Positions 13,301 to 23,598 of a stretch of 62,000 bases of DNA are shown piece by piece; position 1 is the stretch's first letter; every line of letters starts with the position of its first letter. The translations under genes and the position numbers were made by a program. Under the pieces are notes generated by a model that did not search any database, had not been told where the DNA came from, and saw only the letters and a program-made list of their open reading frames with translations. Source of the DNA: Wallemia ichthyophaga EXF-994. Taxonomy: Eukaryota > Fungi > Basidiomycota. The stretch covers positions 82,001-144,000 of the forward strand of contig NW_008806280.1 in NCBI RefSeq assembly GCF_000400465.1, written 5' to 3'.

Positions 13301-13939
13301 CTGGAGATGCAGTTGGAGATGCAGAGCAGGGAGCGTGAGAATAAGATGAGAGCGATTTCGGAGGAGCACGAGCGCATTCAGAATCATGCCGAGGAGCTCG
13401 CCCGTAGCTTACATTCCTCTCATCTCGAAAACACTCGTTTGCACAGCGAGTACGAGGATATGTCGCGAAGCTCCCTCGCTGTCAACCAGGACCTCGCCGC
13501 TAAATGTGGTTTACTTGAGAATCGTAATGCGGAGCTGGAGGATGTGGCTGATGGGGCCAGGGAGTCAGAAGAACAACATCTACAGGCGCATCATGCGGCT
13601 AGCCAACACGTACACGAGCTCGAAGAGAAGGGCGTGCAGGATAAGGCTTTGCTGCAGGAGGCTACTAGCACTATCGAGAGACTTTACGAGGAGATGTCCG
13701 CGACGACGCACGAGATGGCCCATCTTAGGAGGGAAAATGAGGGATTGAAGGGGGGTGCGGGTGTAGATGTGGATGGCAGACGCACGCCCACTAATAAGAA
13801 TTACAAGTCACAAGATGTTCACGCCCCCGTACCCGCTTATAACACACCCGTCTCACCGGCTTTCAGCTCGATATCAAAACTCAGCACTAGCACGGCAGCT
13901 ACCTACCAAGCTGACGATGGATGGTTCTATCCGACGTGA
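10340..13939 (+). CDS. upa2: Upa2-like multi-PAM2, C-terminal coiled-coil protein (endosomal mRNA transport scaffold candidate); introns near 11430-11479 and 12635-12680
   Basis: Three ORFs are joined by GT-AG introns into ~1150 aa. It has a disordered acidic N-half, PAM2-like motifs SALKPTVTEFVP (11625-11660) and SLSANAPVFEP (12060-12092), a long coiled coil and C-terminal DDGWF. This matches the architecture of Ustilago Upa2 as I recall it. Confidence 0.65.
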
Positions 13940-14099
13940 TGAATTATGCTTATTTTAACGCATTTTAGTAATCCAAAGTCGTTGAGGCTGTAGATTGTAT
14001 ATGCGCACCATTGCCTGGAAACATAAAGACCATTTATCGTATATTTTATGTGCACATATGTGTCGATGATGTCATTGATGTTATCTGAGACAGGGTCAG

Positions 14100-14817
14100 C
14101 TCCGATAAATTCAGCCTTGATAAATTACGCCAAGCTATATAGAAACAAATATTTAGGAGCAAAGACGTTTTGTTAGCCTCATACGACGATTAGAACGTGA
14201 CTTATCCAGCCAAGTTGCGCGTATCAGATGAAGGTGTGTGTGAACTCGGAGGCTGTGTTCGATGGCGAAGACGAGCACGAAATCAGATAGTACTCCTAGA
14301 CGCCACAATCGTCACACACTGTCTCGCTGAAATACTCAGCATCGAGTGAATCTATCATGTCTTCCGGGTCCGCTATATCTGCTGCTAATGACAGCCATGA
14401 AAAATTATATATCCCGGTGATGTACACACACTCATACGGCACCGACGCAGTCATACGTGAGGCTATTCGTCTGTAGGCAGCCAACGTAGTAACAACTCAA
14501 AACAGAGACACTGCCGCTGCCATTCGCAGGTCGCAGCAAGATTGACCGGTCGAGCGCAATACCCAAGACAATGACGATGGGCGGAACTAGCCAGACGAGC
14601 ACAGAGGCTAGAGATAGCAAGAGGAGTGAGGATGCCACGGAGAGGGAGCTAGTGCCACGGCTGGCAGTGAACCAGACGAGCTCGAACAAGGCTAGTGCAG
14701 GATGTGCAGGAGTTTTGCAAGGTGAGTGTAGATAGATGTCTGTGTGAGTGGATACGACGCGGACTGAGCTGCTAAACGCAGGCGACACAGGACTGGATTT
14801 TGAATTTAATAGTTAAA
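14100..14817 (+). other. Unresolved intron-rich small gene locus
   Basis: Plus-strand intron signatures at 14346-14394 (GTGAAT..GCTAAT.ACAG) and 14722-14781 (GTGAGT..CGCAG). Short helical-looking reading frames are present (EQRRFVSLIRRLERDL; RLVQDVQEFCK). I could not build a complete model. Confidence 0.3.
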
Positions 14818-14869
14818 TGTAAATGCTATTGATACACTGGAGTTACTAATGTTGTTGGATATATAAGAC

Positions 14870-15157
14870 TCAAACGGCGTCGACTAGCTTTGGACCTTCT
14901 CTATTGGGATGCTGCTGATGCTGCTGATGCTGCTGTCGTTGAGGTGCTGGTTCAGCCCTTGCTTCGTGCCTCTGATTACGCTCATTATTTAGGCCAGAGA
15001 GGAGATTATTGATGAGCTTATAGCGCTGCTCAACCAGGTCATGCTCTACATCATTATCGTCCATTCTTCGAGTGCGTTTGCTTGTGCTGGTTGCTTGGCT
15101 GTCGCTGGGCTTGCACACATCACTACTCCCATCACTCCCAGACCTTTTTCGGTTCAT
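14870..15157 (-). CDS. Small hypothetical protein (95 aa) with basic N-terminus and one predicted helix (YKLINNLLSGLNNERNQR)
   Basis: ATG at 15157 (MNRKRS), NLS-like basic clusters, fills the gap divergent from IML2. Confidence 0.55.
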   Translation of the reverse strand: MNRKRSGSDGSSDVCKPSDSQATSTSKRTRRMDDNDVEHDLVEQRYKLINNLLSGLNNERNQRHEARAEPAPQRQQHQQHQQHPNREGPKLVDAV

Positions 15158-15223
15158 AATATTTGACCTTTGATATTTTGGATGAAGATCACTCCTTTTA
15201 ACCAAATACACTGCTAAAATTGA

Positions 15224-17864
15224 ATGGAAATCAAAGAATTAATAGAAGGTATGCATGTTTTATATCTTCTGAATATAAGTAACGCTTTCATAGCCACAGA
15301 GGGCTTCAACTTGCTTTTCAATGATAAGATTGAGGAGTCGACACGCGAGCTATCCAAACACAATAATGCGTTTGGTAAAACTGGATTAGGAATTATTCTC
15401 TTCTTACAAGCTGCGTTGGGTATGGAGGATGGCATGATGGAAAGGGCACAGGATCAACTTCTCCAGGCCGAGAAAGCTGCCGACTCTGCCAAGAGAGAGT
15501 GCAGCAATGCAAAGCACAATAAGACTAGATTCGCTAGCGCTGCTCCTTATGTGTGACTGATCACTCGTACAAAACAGCAACCTAACAGCTCCTCACAGGA
15601 GCTACTTGTAGCTGCGAATGTAATTGGGCAATCTATGACTCAGATTTTAACGGAATCCTCTGTTGAAATGATCAAAGCCATTTACAAAGTTGGTTGATTA
15701 CTCATACACGCCCACCCGCACTAATTTTAGAACAGCTCAACAGATCCTATAAGCTGTACAACAACTCGTTCCTCACAGTCTTCCCTGGTGGCGCTGCGTC
15801 TCTGCCAGACACTCCAATAGCTTCTCCTTCGCTATCGAGACAACAATCCACCCAAACACTCAACAAACCAGCCCCACCAAAGCCACAGAAAAGCTTCCTC
15901 GCAAAGAAGTTTGGTAGCTTCTTAGGCGGGGCTGGTGGTGGCACAAATACCGCTCAAATCACCACTCCTCAACCGCCATCCGATGAAGTTGAGGAATTTG
16001 TCATGTCTGGTGCTTGTTTCGGATTCGGATTGTTCGGTTTGGTATTCTCGCTTATGCCGCCAAAGCTGTAGGTTATTTGTGTAATAGCTCCACTGTATAC
16101 TCACTCCATTAAGGAAGAAGCTAATTAACGTTTTTGGGTTCAAGAGCGATAGGAAGGAGGCCCTCAAGGCGTTAAGTCTGAGTGCTAGCTACAAAGATGT
16201 TCACTCATCCTTCGCTGCACTCACCCTCCTCTTCTACACCTCATCCACACTACTTCTTGCTGGTTGGAATGCTGATTCAGAAAATGACATGCGCATGTTC
16301 GAGAAAATTTTGAAAAGGTGCGTCTCATTTTGAACTACAGTCACTATTGAGACGATTTATCAGTTGTGAAGAAAGGTGAGCGTCGACGGGATACAAAGAT
16401 GTATATTCACATCCACAGATATCCAGACGGCACCCTATGGACGCTCAACAGAGCCAAACTGGAGCGTATAAATGGAAATGCTGACAAGGCCCTTGAAATT
16501 TTGGGTAGTACGCTCAACAAAGATGGCGGCTTCCCTCAGGCTGAGGTAATTATAGTTTTTGAATACGCTTGGCTCCTGCTCGCCGAGAATAGGTGGGTTG
16601 CTTTTGTGTTCTAGGATACGCTAACAAACCAACTAGATACCAAGATTCTGCACAATACTTCCTTCATCTGATGAAACTCAATTCGTGGTCACACGCCACA
16701 TACACTCTCTTGGCAGCTGGCTGTCATTTGTCCCATGCGCAGGAGGTAGACACAGAGGAGAACCACGCCAAAGCGCACGAGGAGTTTATGAAGGCAAGTC
16801 TGCGTGGTGTGGATAGAGAGGGTATATGAGCTGACATGATCTCTAGGTGCCCAGTCTCCTCAACGCGAAGAAACTCGGTGGACGTAATATGCCAATGGAG
16901 GATGTGAGAAGGGGTTTGAATTGTGACTGATCAACTAACCAAATCGCCCACACAGTTTGCACAGCGCAAAATAGCATTCTGGAAGCGTAAGCATGAGCGC
17001 CGTGTCGGTGCATGCGCGAAACAGGGCATTAGTGTCGATCCTGAGCGATGGGATTTGGCCATTAAGGTAATTTGGGATGTTGGTAGGAATACACACACAC
17101 ATACTCACACATACTCCAGATTAGTCCGGCAGATGTGAGTGGAGTTTGTATGGCTGGTCTTCACTTGCAGCTGACGCACGTGGTAGGAAATGGCATGTTT
17201 CTGGAACAGCTATGGGAAGATAACACGTCACGCTGCTATCAAGCACATGGAATCTTTGTGTCAACTCACACCTGCACCTCTGATCGAGACTCACCTAGTC
17301 GACATGACCAAGGCGGAGGGCAGCGCAGGTGCAGGTGCAGGCACAATGGAAGATCTGGACACACTCGACGAGAAGGCTGTAAGATGTCTTCTTCTCGGAA
17401 TTCTCCATCGCGCTATCGGAGAGCTGGCCTTGTCTCGCAGATACCTCGACGAGTGTGTGTCTTACAGAGGGCAGATCACTGACGATACTTGGGCGCCTGC
17501 ATTTGCGGCTTACGAGTTAGCGGTGTTGGAGCTGAACGAATGCGACAGACTGACAGCTAAGAGTAGGTCGGACAGCGGTACACCAGATTCCTCAGCTGCG
17601 TCCTTCTCCACGGCGAGGGAGGGCGAAGATGCAGAGGGTGAGAAGGCTGAGAAGGCTGAGACGGATGAAAAGACAGTCGAACCATCCACCGCAAAGACGT
17701 CCAAGGATATCTGGAAGAGGGGTATCGACGCTAGTGAGAAACACCTCGCTCTGGTTGCCTCAGGAGAGTTTGGGACTACGTACGATCTCGAAGGTCGTCA
17801 AGGCACAAGAATGTATTTACTAAAGGATGAGATACAGACCAAAAAGGCACAGATGGAGTTGTGA
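15224..17864 (+). CDS. IML2: Iml2/TTC39 (DUF3808) TPR protein, multi-exon
   Basis: Motifs FGFGLFGLVFSLMPPKL, GFKSDRKEALKALSL, LWTLNRAKLER, NSWSHATY and WAPAFAAYELAVL, with several canonical introns. Confidence 0.88.
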
Positions 17865-17923
17865 GGGTGGTAAAACTGCTTTTTTTTGTTGCTCTTGTAC
17901 ACAGTTACGTTTCTTTGCTACTC

Positions 17924-18124
17924 TCAGAAAATACTCCCGCTCTGTTTGTATTTGCTAAACCAAAGAGTGAAAATTGTGAGACACAAGACGAGGATGATGG
18001 AGTTGAGGGATTTGTAGAGCTGCTGGTACGCAGGATTGTGGATTGGGTAGGATTTGTATATTACATGCCATTGTCTGAGCGAGTAGCCGATGGAGAGCGC
18101 TGCGAAGATGTACACGGTGCCCAT
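17924..18124 (-). CDS. Putative 66-aa two-transmembrane microprotein
   Basis: MGTVYIFAALSIGYSLRQW...LNSIILVLCLTIFTLWFSKYKQ. There is a TATATAAA box ~45 nt upstream and a CA-rich leader, and it fills an otherwise empty gap. Confidence 0.5.
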   Translation of the reverse strand: MGTVYIFAALSIGYSLRQWHVIYKSYPIHNPAYQQLYKSLNSIILVLCLTIFTLWFSKYKQSGSIF

Positions 18125-18270
18125 GTTGGGTGTTTGGATGCGAGTGGGGGTGTGGGTTTGTGGATTTATATACACAAAATGCAAATTTTAGCAGCGAGAA
18201 ATGCAATTCATTTAAATTATAGAGTACTCTAGCTAATCTATAGAGACAAAAAAAAAGTGAGTCAGACATA

Positions 18271-19872
18271 TCACAGCGCAACATCAGCCAAGCGCGCAAC
18301 CTCAATAACGCCACCGACGAGATGGAGTGAGCCGCAGACGAGGATGTGTGTGTGTGAGTGTGGATTATTGGTACTATTCACACTCAGGCTCTCACTCCTA
18401 TCGATATAATCCACAGCAGCCTCGATCGACGGTAGTACTTCAACGCAGCCTTTGAATTGGGGGAGGAGGGAGTTCCACGCCGCTTTGAGCTCATGTTGAA
18501 CCTCTAATTCCTGTATAGTGAGTACGTCTACATTCCTAGCCGTGAGATCGCTGGCAAACTCGCCCGACGTGTAGGTCAGATTGGTGCAGAAAATGACCGA
18601 GGTGAAGAGTGTTTCCATGTTCGCGCCCGCTGCGGTGAGGTAGGCAGCGACCACGCCGAGCAGCTCGGTCGGTGACCTGCCCTTAGTGCAGTTAAAGATG
18701 AGGTGAGTGCGAGTGTGTTGTTGTGGCTGCTCCACCTCCAGCTCCCGTTCCCGCCGCGCTCTCACAACCCCGCCGAACCACTGCATGCATGCAGTGAGGC
18801 TGTCAGCGGTATGGCTGCCATCAAGAAACCACGTCGTGCTTGGCCGTCTTGGATCTACCACCGTCTGGCACCTTCCTGGCCACCTAGCCTTTGTGAGACC
18901 GTCGACGAACACCTGCGGAAGACCATTTCTCCAATCGTGCCCCTCTAGCTCACCTTTCCAGCTAGCGAACTTGTTGCTCTTTCCCGCATTCACAAAAGCA
19001 CGCACGACATCGACGGCCAGTCGCGCATTAAGCGCCTGGTGCACACCGGGCAGGCCGAGGGGGAGTGAGAGGGTGTGATTAGCGGGAGCATCGCGTGTGT
19101 CGACTACGCCGAAAGGGGCATTGACGCGCTGAGCACACTCCGCCAGAACGGCCTCGCCATCTTCGGGCTGAGGGACGGTGAGTGCCGCGGCGCCTGCTTT
19201 GTATATCCCCCCTTTATTGAGGGCTATCGCGCGAATAGTCCCGCCTAGCAAAGCCGTGTGGTCGAGACCAAGACTGCTCACAGCTGCTACTGCCGGCGCG
19301 GGGACTATGTTGGTGCAGTCGAGCGACCCCCCAATACCGACTTCGAGGACGGTCGCGTCTACGTCTTCGGCGAGGAACGTGTGGAAAGCTACGAGCGTCA
19401 TGAAGCGGAAGTAAGCGGGTTTGGGGAGAGTGGACGTGGAGTGTGTGTTGTTGACGCTGTCCACGTCGCTCACCTCATCCTCGCCCACGCCATCCAAAGC
19501 CATCCACACGTCAAAAAAGTACTTGGCGAAACGCTCTTCGCTGAGTGGGTGGCCATTGATGCGTATACGCTCGCGGACGGCTACGAGGTGCGGGGAGGTG
19601 TACAGACCCACGCTGGCGTGTGGATTGAGGGACTGGAGGAGGGACGAGACAAAGGCGGCAGTGGAGCCCTTGCCCTTTGTGCCGGTGATGTGAAGGACGT
19701 TGAGTCTGTTGAGATCGCTTGGCGTGTATCCCATCCGGCGTAGATAGACCTCCATGTCGCGGAGCGTGTGTCCACGACGAGCCTCGCGTGCGCAAGTGGA
19801 AGCGGCGATAGTAGCAGCATTGCTCTGTAGGCTGTTGAGGCATTCGATGGCGTGTTGGTAAGTCTTCTTCAT
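18271..19872 (-). CDS. MET7: Folylpolyglutamate synthase (Mur ligase family), intronless
   Basis: Motifs NVLHITGTKGKGST, GLYTSPHLVAVRERIRING, LEVGIGGSLDCTN, WPGRCQ, DGSHT and LVCGSLHLVGG. ATG at 19872 (MKKTYQHAIECLNSLQSN). Confidence 0.95.
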   Translation of the reverse strand: MKKTYQHAIECLNSLQSNAATIAASTCAREARRGHTLRDMEVYLRRMGYTPSDLNRLNVLHITGTKGKGSTAAFVSSLLQSLNPHASVGLYTSPHLVAVRERIRINGHPLSEERFAKYFFDVWMALDGVGEDEVSDVDSVNNTHSTSTLPKPAYFRFMTLVAFHTFLAEDVDATVLEVGIGGSLDCTNIVPAPAVAAVSSLGLDHTALLGGTIRAIALNKGGIYKAGAAALTVPQPEDGEAVLAECAQRVNAPFGVVDTRDAPANHTLSLPLGLPGVHQALNARLAVDVVRAFVNAGKSNKFASWKGELEGHDWRNGLPQVFVDGLTKARWPGRCQTVVDPRRPSTTWFLDGSHTADSLTACMQWFGGVVRARRERELEVEQPQQHTRTHLIFNCTKGRSPTELLGVVAAYLTAAGANMETLFTSVIFCTNLTYTSGEFASDLTARNVDVLTIQELEVQHELKAAWNSLLPQFKGCVEVLPSIEAAVDYIDRSESLSVNSTNNPHSHTHILVCGSLHLVGGVIEVARLADVAL

Positions 19873-19956
19873 GGAGTGATATTGATGGTGCTGGACGAAC
19901 AAGTCAACAACTAACAACCATCAACCAATCAACTAAATAACCAATCAACCATCAGA

Positions 19957-20568
19957 ATGGCCCCCCACTCAATGCCGCAGCCACCCGCTTCTCTCTCCGG
20001 CAGCAATCTCAAGATCGGCATCGTGCACACCCGCTGGAATTCGGAGGTTGTCGATGCACTCGTCCAAGGCACACGCAATCGTCTTCTCTCACTCGGAGTT
20101 AAGCCTGAGAATGTAATTATCCAGCAGATCGCTGGTAGCTGGGAATTACCGATTGCGACCAAGAAGATGATTCTCGCTGGTAGAGTTCAGCAAGGGCATT
20201 CACAGAACCTGCTCTCGGGTTTAGATCCACTCAGCTCTCCAGAGGCTCCGGGCGCATCAACAGACACAGCTTCAGCTACTAAAGTCGGCGAGTTCGACGC
20301 TGTAGTATCTATCGGTGTCCTCGTGAAAGGCAGCACACAACACTTTGAATACATCGCTGGAGCTGCGACTGACGGCCTCATGCGCGTCAGTCTCGATGAG
20401 AACACCCCCGTCGTATTCGGCGTGCTCACTTGCAATAACGAGGAACAGGCTAGAAGCAGAGCGGGTTTGGTGCCAGGTGGCCTCGAAAATCACGGTCCTA
20501 GTTGGGCAGACTCGGCTGTTGAACTCGCTGGTCTATCGGCAAAGTGGAGTAAAGGGGTGTTTGAATGA
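19957..20568 (+). CDS. RIB4: 6,7-dimethyl-8-ribityllumazine synthase
   Basis: Motifs IGIVHTRWNSEVV, GSWELP, IGVLVKGSTQHFEYI and TPVVFGVLTC. A low-complexity internal insertion is present. Confidence 0.96.
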   Translation: MAPHSMPQPPASLSGSNLKIGIVHTRWNSEVVDALVQGTRNRLLSLGVKPENVIIQQIAGSWELPIATKKMILAGRVQQGHSQNLLSGLDPLSSPEAPGASTDTASATKVGEFDAVVSIGVLVKGSTQHFEYIAGAATDGLMRVSLDENTPVVFGVLTCNNEEQARSRAGLVPGGLENHGPSWADSAVELAGLSAKWSKGVFE

Positions 20569-20756
20569 GTAGTTAGTTTGATAAAGTATACACGCTTAAT
20601 GAATGTGGATATTACAATGGATCGATCCCGTCGAGTTGTCGAATTCGTATAAAGTGGTTCAATGAGTGAATATGCTGCTATCTGGTAGCGCTGTGGTTTT
20701 CCATGACTTTCTATTCTTCTTGATTGTCTATTCTGCTTCTTCTGACCTCTCTAGCC

Positions 20757-21121
20757 TCTAACTATGCGCCCTTCTAGGGAGGTGGAAGAGAAGTGAAGGT
20801 GGACGGTGGAGTGTTTTTACGGGACTGGTGAGGCGTGGGGAGTGGTCGTTGAGTGGAACGCAGAAAGACTGCTGCTTGGTCAAATAACCGTCAAACTCAA
20901 AAGAATTGCTCTGTGAGGTTGAAGAGGACGTTGAGCAAGTTGAAGCAGACGAAGTCGATGAGACTGATGAGGATGATCTCGATCTTTTCTGTCTTTTGGA
21001 GTGTCAGTGCCGTTCCTGCTACTCAAGCCTTGACTTACACTACAGGACGCCCAGGACGCCCAGCTTTGAAAGGGTCAAGGTCTTGGAAAAGACTGTCCGT
21101 CTTGGCTTCCGTAAGCTTCAT
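20757..21121 (-). CDS. Putative small Ser-rich hypothetical protein, one intron near 20985-21036
   Basis: ATG 21121 (MKLTEAKTDSLF) followed by a GTAAGT..CTGAC..AAAG intron that keeps the frame into RSRSSSSVSSTSS. No recognised domain; ends approximate. Confidence 0.3.
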
Positions 21122-21530
21122 CTGGGCTGATTATCTAACACTCCACGTCGACGTCGGTAGGGAGCAAGTCTTGTCGATCGAGTTGTCCAGACTGCGCACG
21201 GATGTCAGGCGGGGGCGAGACAACTCTAATTAAGAATATTTTTTAGGGTAAATGGGGATGGGCCATGTTTGACTAGGTGCATTGAAATCGTTCAACGGAA
21301 TTTATGCGTTTGTTGTACATGTGTTATTTATATCGATGTGAAAATTTGTCAGTCCTGACTGTGCAAAGTGGGAAATGAGAGTAGAATAAGTGGGAGATTG
21401 CTAGTATTGCCAAGTGAGTCAATTAAGACAAATGAGCCAGCCATTTGAGTTGAAAGTGTATGCCAGAGTGGAGATATAAACCAATGGAGCCAATGAGCTG
21501 GGTTATAAGCCATATTTGATATTTGGTAAA

Positions 21531-21833
21531 TCAATAGGACCACTGTGAGCCTGCAGAGTGATCGCTATCGAATGAACTTGTGCTTGTTGTGCTTAATGTG
21601 GACGATGTACTTGTAAGTGAGCTGCTTCGTTGTCTGTTTGAAGCGGCTGAAGCGATACAAGACAATGAATCAGTCCTGCTGAAGGTGCTGAGCGTGTCGA
21701 TATTACTATCACTCCCCCTCAAAACAGCAATTGGCAACGGCTTTGGCAGCGTGTACTTGGATGAACTACGGGAGGGTAAGGGAATGTTATTTGGGATCAG
21801 CTTCAGTGGCGTTGGTGGTTGTCTACGTGGCAT
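21531..21833 (-). CDS. Small Pro/Ser-rich hypothetical protein (100 aa)
   Basis: ATG 21833. MPRRQPPTPLKL...KYTLPKP resembles the N-termini of small uncharacterised basidiomycete proteins (from memory). It is divergent from TAP42. Confidence 0.5.
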   Translation of the reverse strand: MPRRQPPTPLKLIPNNIPLPSRSSSKYTLPKPLPIAVLRGSDSNIDTLSTFSRTDSLSCIASAASNRQRSSSLTSTSSTLSTTSTSSFDSDHSAGSQWSY

Positions 21834-21898
21834 TTCAGCGAGTTTAACGACCTGCGTTTTGTTTATCTTTATATCCTGTTGGTGGTTTCGCTTCTCCA

Positions 21899-23005
21899 AT
21901 GACTTGCACAATCCCAACAAAGGAAATTTTAAAAGAAATTATTTCAAGTTATGAATCTGGGGAGAGTGGAGACGAGAATATATTGGATAAAGTCAACTCC
22001 ATCTTGTTTAGACTATCTGCAACTGCGAATACTTCCGATACACACGAGCATCACAGCGAACTCAGTTTAAATAGGTTGAGATATCTTATAGTCTATTATC
22101 TTCATCCAGAATTCATCTACAGTTCTAAATTTGGCAGTGTGGATTTCAGACAATCGAATCTATCGAAATGCCTCAATCTATACACTCAATTCACAGAATT
22201 GTTAGATTCAATTGGTTTTGATGGTATCACTATACACGGTGACTCCAAAGATCCTTCCACTCAGCGTGATTTAAAGATTCAGCGTTTTAAACAGCACAAA
22301 CGGTTGGAATCTGAGGTTTTGGAGTATAAAGAGTTGTTAGAAGATAAGCCTGATAGTGGCTTGTTTCATACCACCTTTAATTCATCTTCTCCCGCTCAGT
22401 CCACCAACCACAAGGACAGTGACGACGACGACGATGACGACGACGATATCCTCCGCGAATACCTCATCAGACTCCTTAAATACCTCTATTCGCTATCGCA
22501 ATCTCAAATCCATTCTATCCATGCTGAATTAGACCTCCTCAGCAACGTCAACAGCAACAGCACAACCGACACACGCACACGCACACAAACCCCTGCAAAC
22601 GATTCGACATGGAGATTGGACAGTGCAGTTAATGCACCCGCCAACAACCTCCTCGACAAAGAAGGCAGACCTACGCGACCATTCACGATAATGCCGCGCG
22701 GTACACACACTACACGACAGCAGATGGCAGATGGCGTGTTTCAACCCAGCCACCGTCTTCCTACAATGACCATTGACGAGTATCTCCAAGACGAGCAGGC
22801 TCGGGGGAATGTTATACAGGGGGGTGGACCTGCGAGTGAGAATCAACCAACTAGCAAGGAACAGCTCCAGCTAGACACTGAGCTCGATGGCACTCTCTTT
22901 GCTCAGCGTGCTCAGGATCAGCAGCGCGCTGACACGGAGAATTGGGCAAGGTATACCGAGGAGGTGGAGAAGGGAAGTGGCAATACTATGGCCAATAATG
23001 GGTAG
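21899..23005 (+). CDS. TAP42: Tap42/alpha4 (IGBP1) PP2A-associated protein
   Basis: Motifs RDLKIQRFK, WRLD, LLDKEGRPTRPFTI, VFQPSHRLPTMTIDEYL, GNVIQGGGPAS and WARYTEEVEKGSGNTM. Confidence 0.93.
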   Translation: MTCTIPTKEILKEIISSYESGESGDENILDKVNSILFRLSATANTSDTHEHHSELSLNRLRYLIVYYLHPEFIYSSKFGSVDFRQSNLSKCLNLYTQFTELLDSIGFDGITIHGDSKDPSTQRDLKIQRFKQHKRLESEVLEYKELLEDKPDSGLFHTTFNSSSPAQSTNHKDSDDDDDDDDDILREYLIRLLKYLYSLSQSQIHSIHAELDLLSNVNSNSTTDTRTRTQTPANDSTWRLDSAVNAPANNLLDKEGRPTRPFTIMPRGTHTTRQQMADGVFQPSHRLPTMTIDEYLQDEQARGNVIQGGGPASENQPTSKEQLQLDTELDGTLFAQRAQDQQRADTENWARYTEEVEKGSGNTMANNG

Positions 23006-23120
23006 AAGAAGTTATTTATAATGGACAATCGATCATCGATCATTAGTGTATCGTTTGTGTGCTTTGTGCAATTGAAAATCTTTCATCGAGTTGAGTGCAG
23101 TGCAGTATGAGTTGGCACTC

Positions 23121-23144
23121 AGTCTCAGTCTCAGTCTCAGTCTC
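23121..23144 (+). repeat. (AGTCTC)4 hexamer microsatellite
   Basis: Four perfect copies in the TAP42-GSKIP spacer. Confidence 0.9.
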
Positions 23145-23231
23145 AGTTTTTATCTGTATGTTGTAGACTTGCTGCTCAAAATGCCTCGCAAATGGTAAAA
23201 TCCACTCTATTCTCTGTCTCAAACGATTCAT

Positions 23232-23570
23232 ATGTCAGAAACGCTGCACAACGAACTGTTACTTGCATTGAGTGAACAGTATAACCAGTCTCTAATATCC
23301 TCCTACACACCGATCGATACATGCACAGCGACAGTCGAGCTACTCGAGGGTGTCCAAGTGCGTGTACACATAACCCAATTTGGATATAGCCTGGGGGGCG
23401 GTGGTAGTAGTATTGGCAGTGATAGCAGCAGAAGCAGTAACACCAACACTACCAATCAATCAGAAGACTTAGAAGGCCTCTTACGCGGATGCAGTCCAGC
23501 ATTCAACCAACGCACCACAGCAATTCTGTTGGATAAACTCGATAAATTGGCTAAAGTACAACATAAATAA
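23232..23570 (+). CDS. GSKIP/DUF727-domain protein
   Basis: 112 aa with the pattern TATVELLEGVQVRVHITQFGY ... EDLEGLLRGCSPAF...LLDKL, typical of the DUF727 fold. Confidence 0.75.
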   Translation: MSETLHNELLLALSEQYNQSLISSYTPIDTCTATVELLEGVQVRVHITQFGYSLGGGGSSIGSDSSRSSNTNTTNQSEDLEGLLRGCSPAFNQRTTAILLDKLDKLAKVQHK

Positions 23571-23598
23571 AAAGCTTTCAAGTCATCACGTTATCAGG

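Noticed and set aside
14432-14788. 118-aa hydrophobic minus-strand ORF
   Set aside because: It has no ATG start, and the intron signals in this interval are on the plus strand.
19258-19743. 161-aa plus-strand ORF and other nested ORFs
   Set aside because: They are antisense shadows of the GC-rich FPGS gene.
19873-19917. In-frame TTG extension of FPGS as a possible mitochondrial presequence
   Set aside because: The extension (LVVDLFVQHHQYHS) lacks Arg and amphipathic character.
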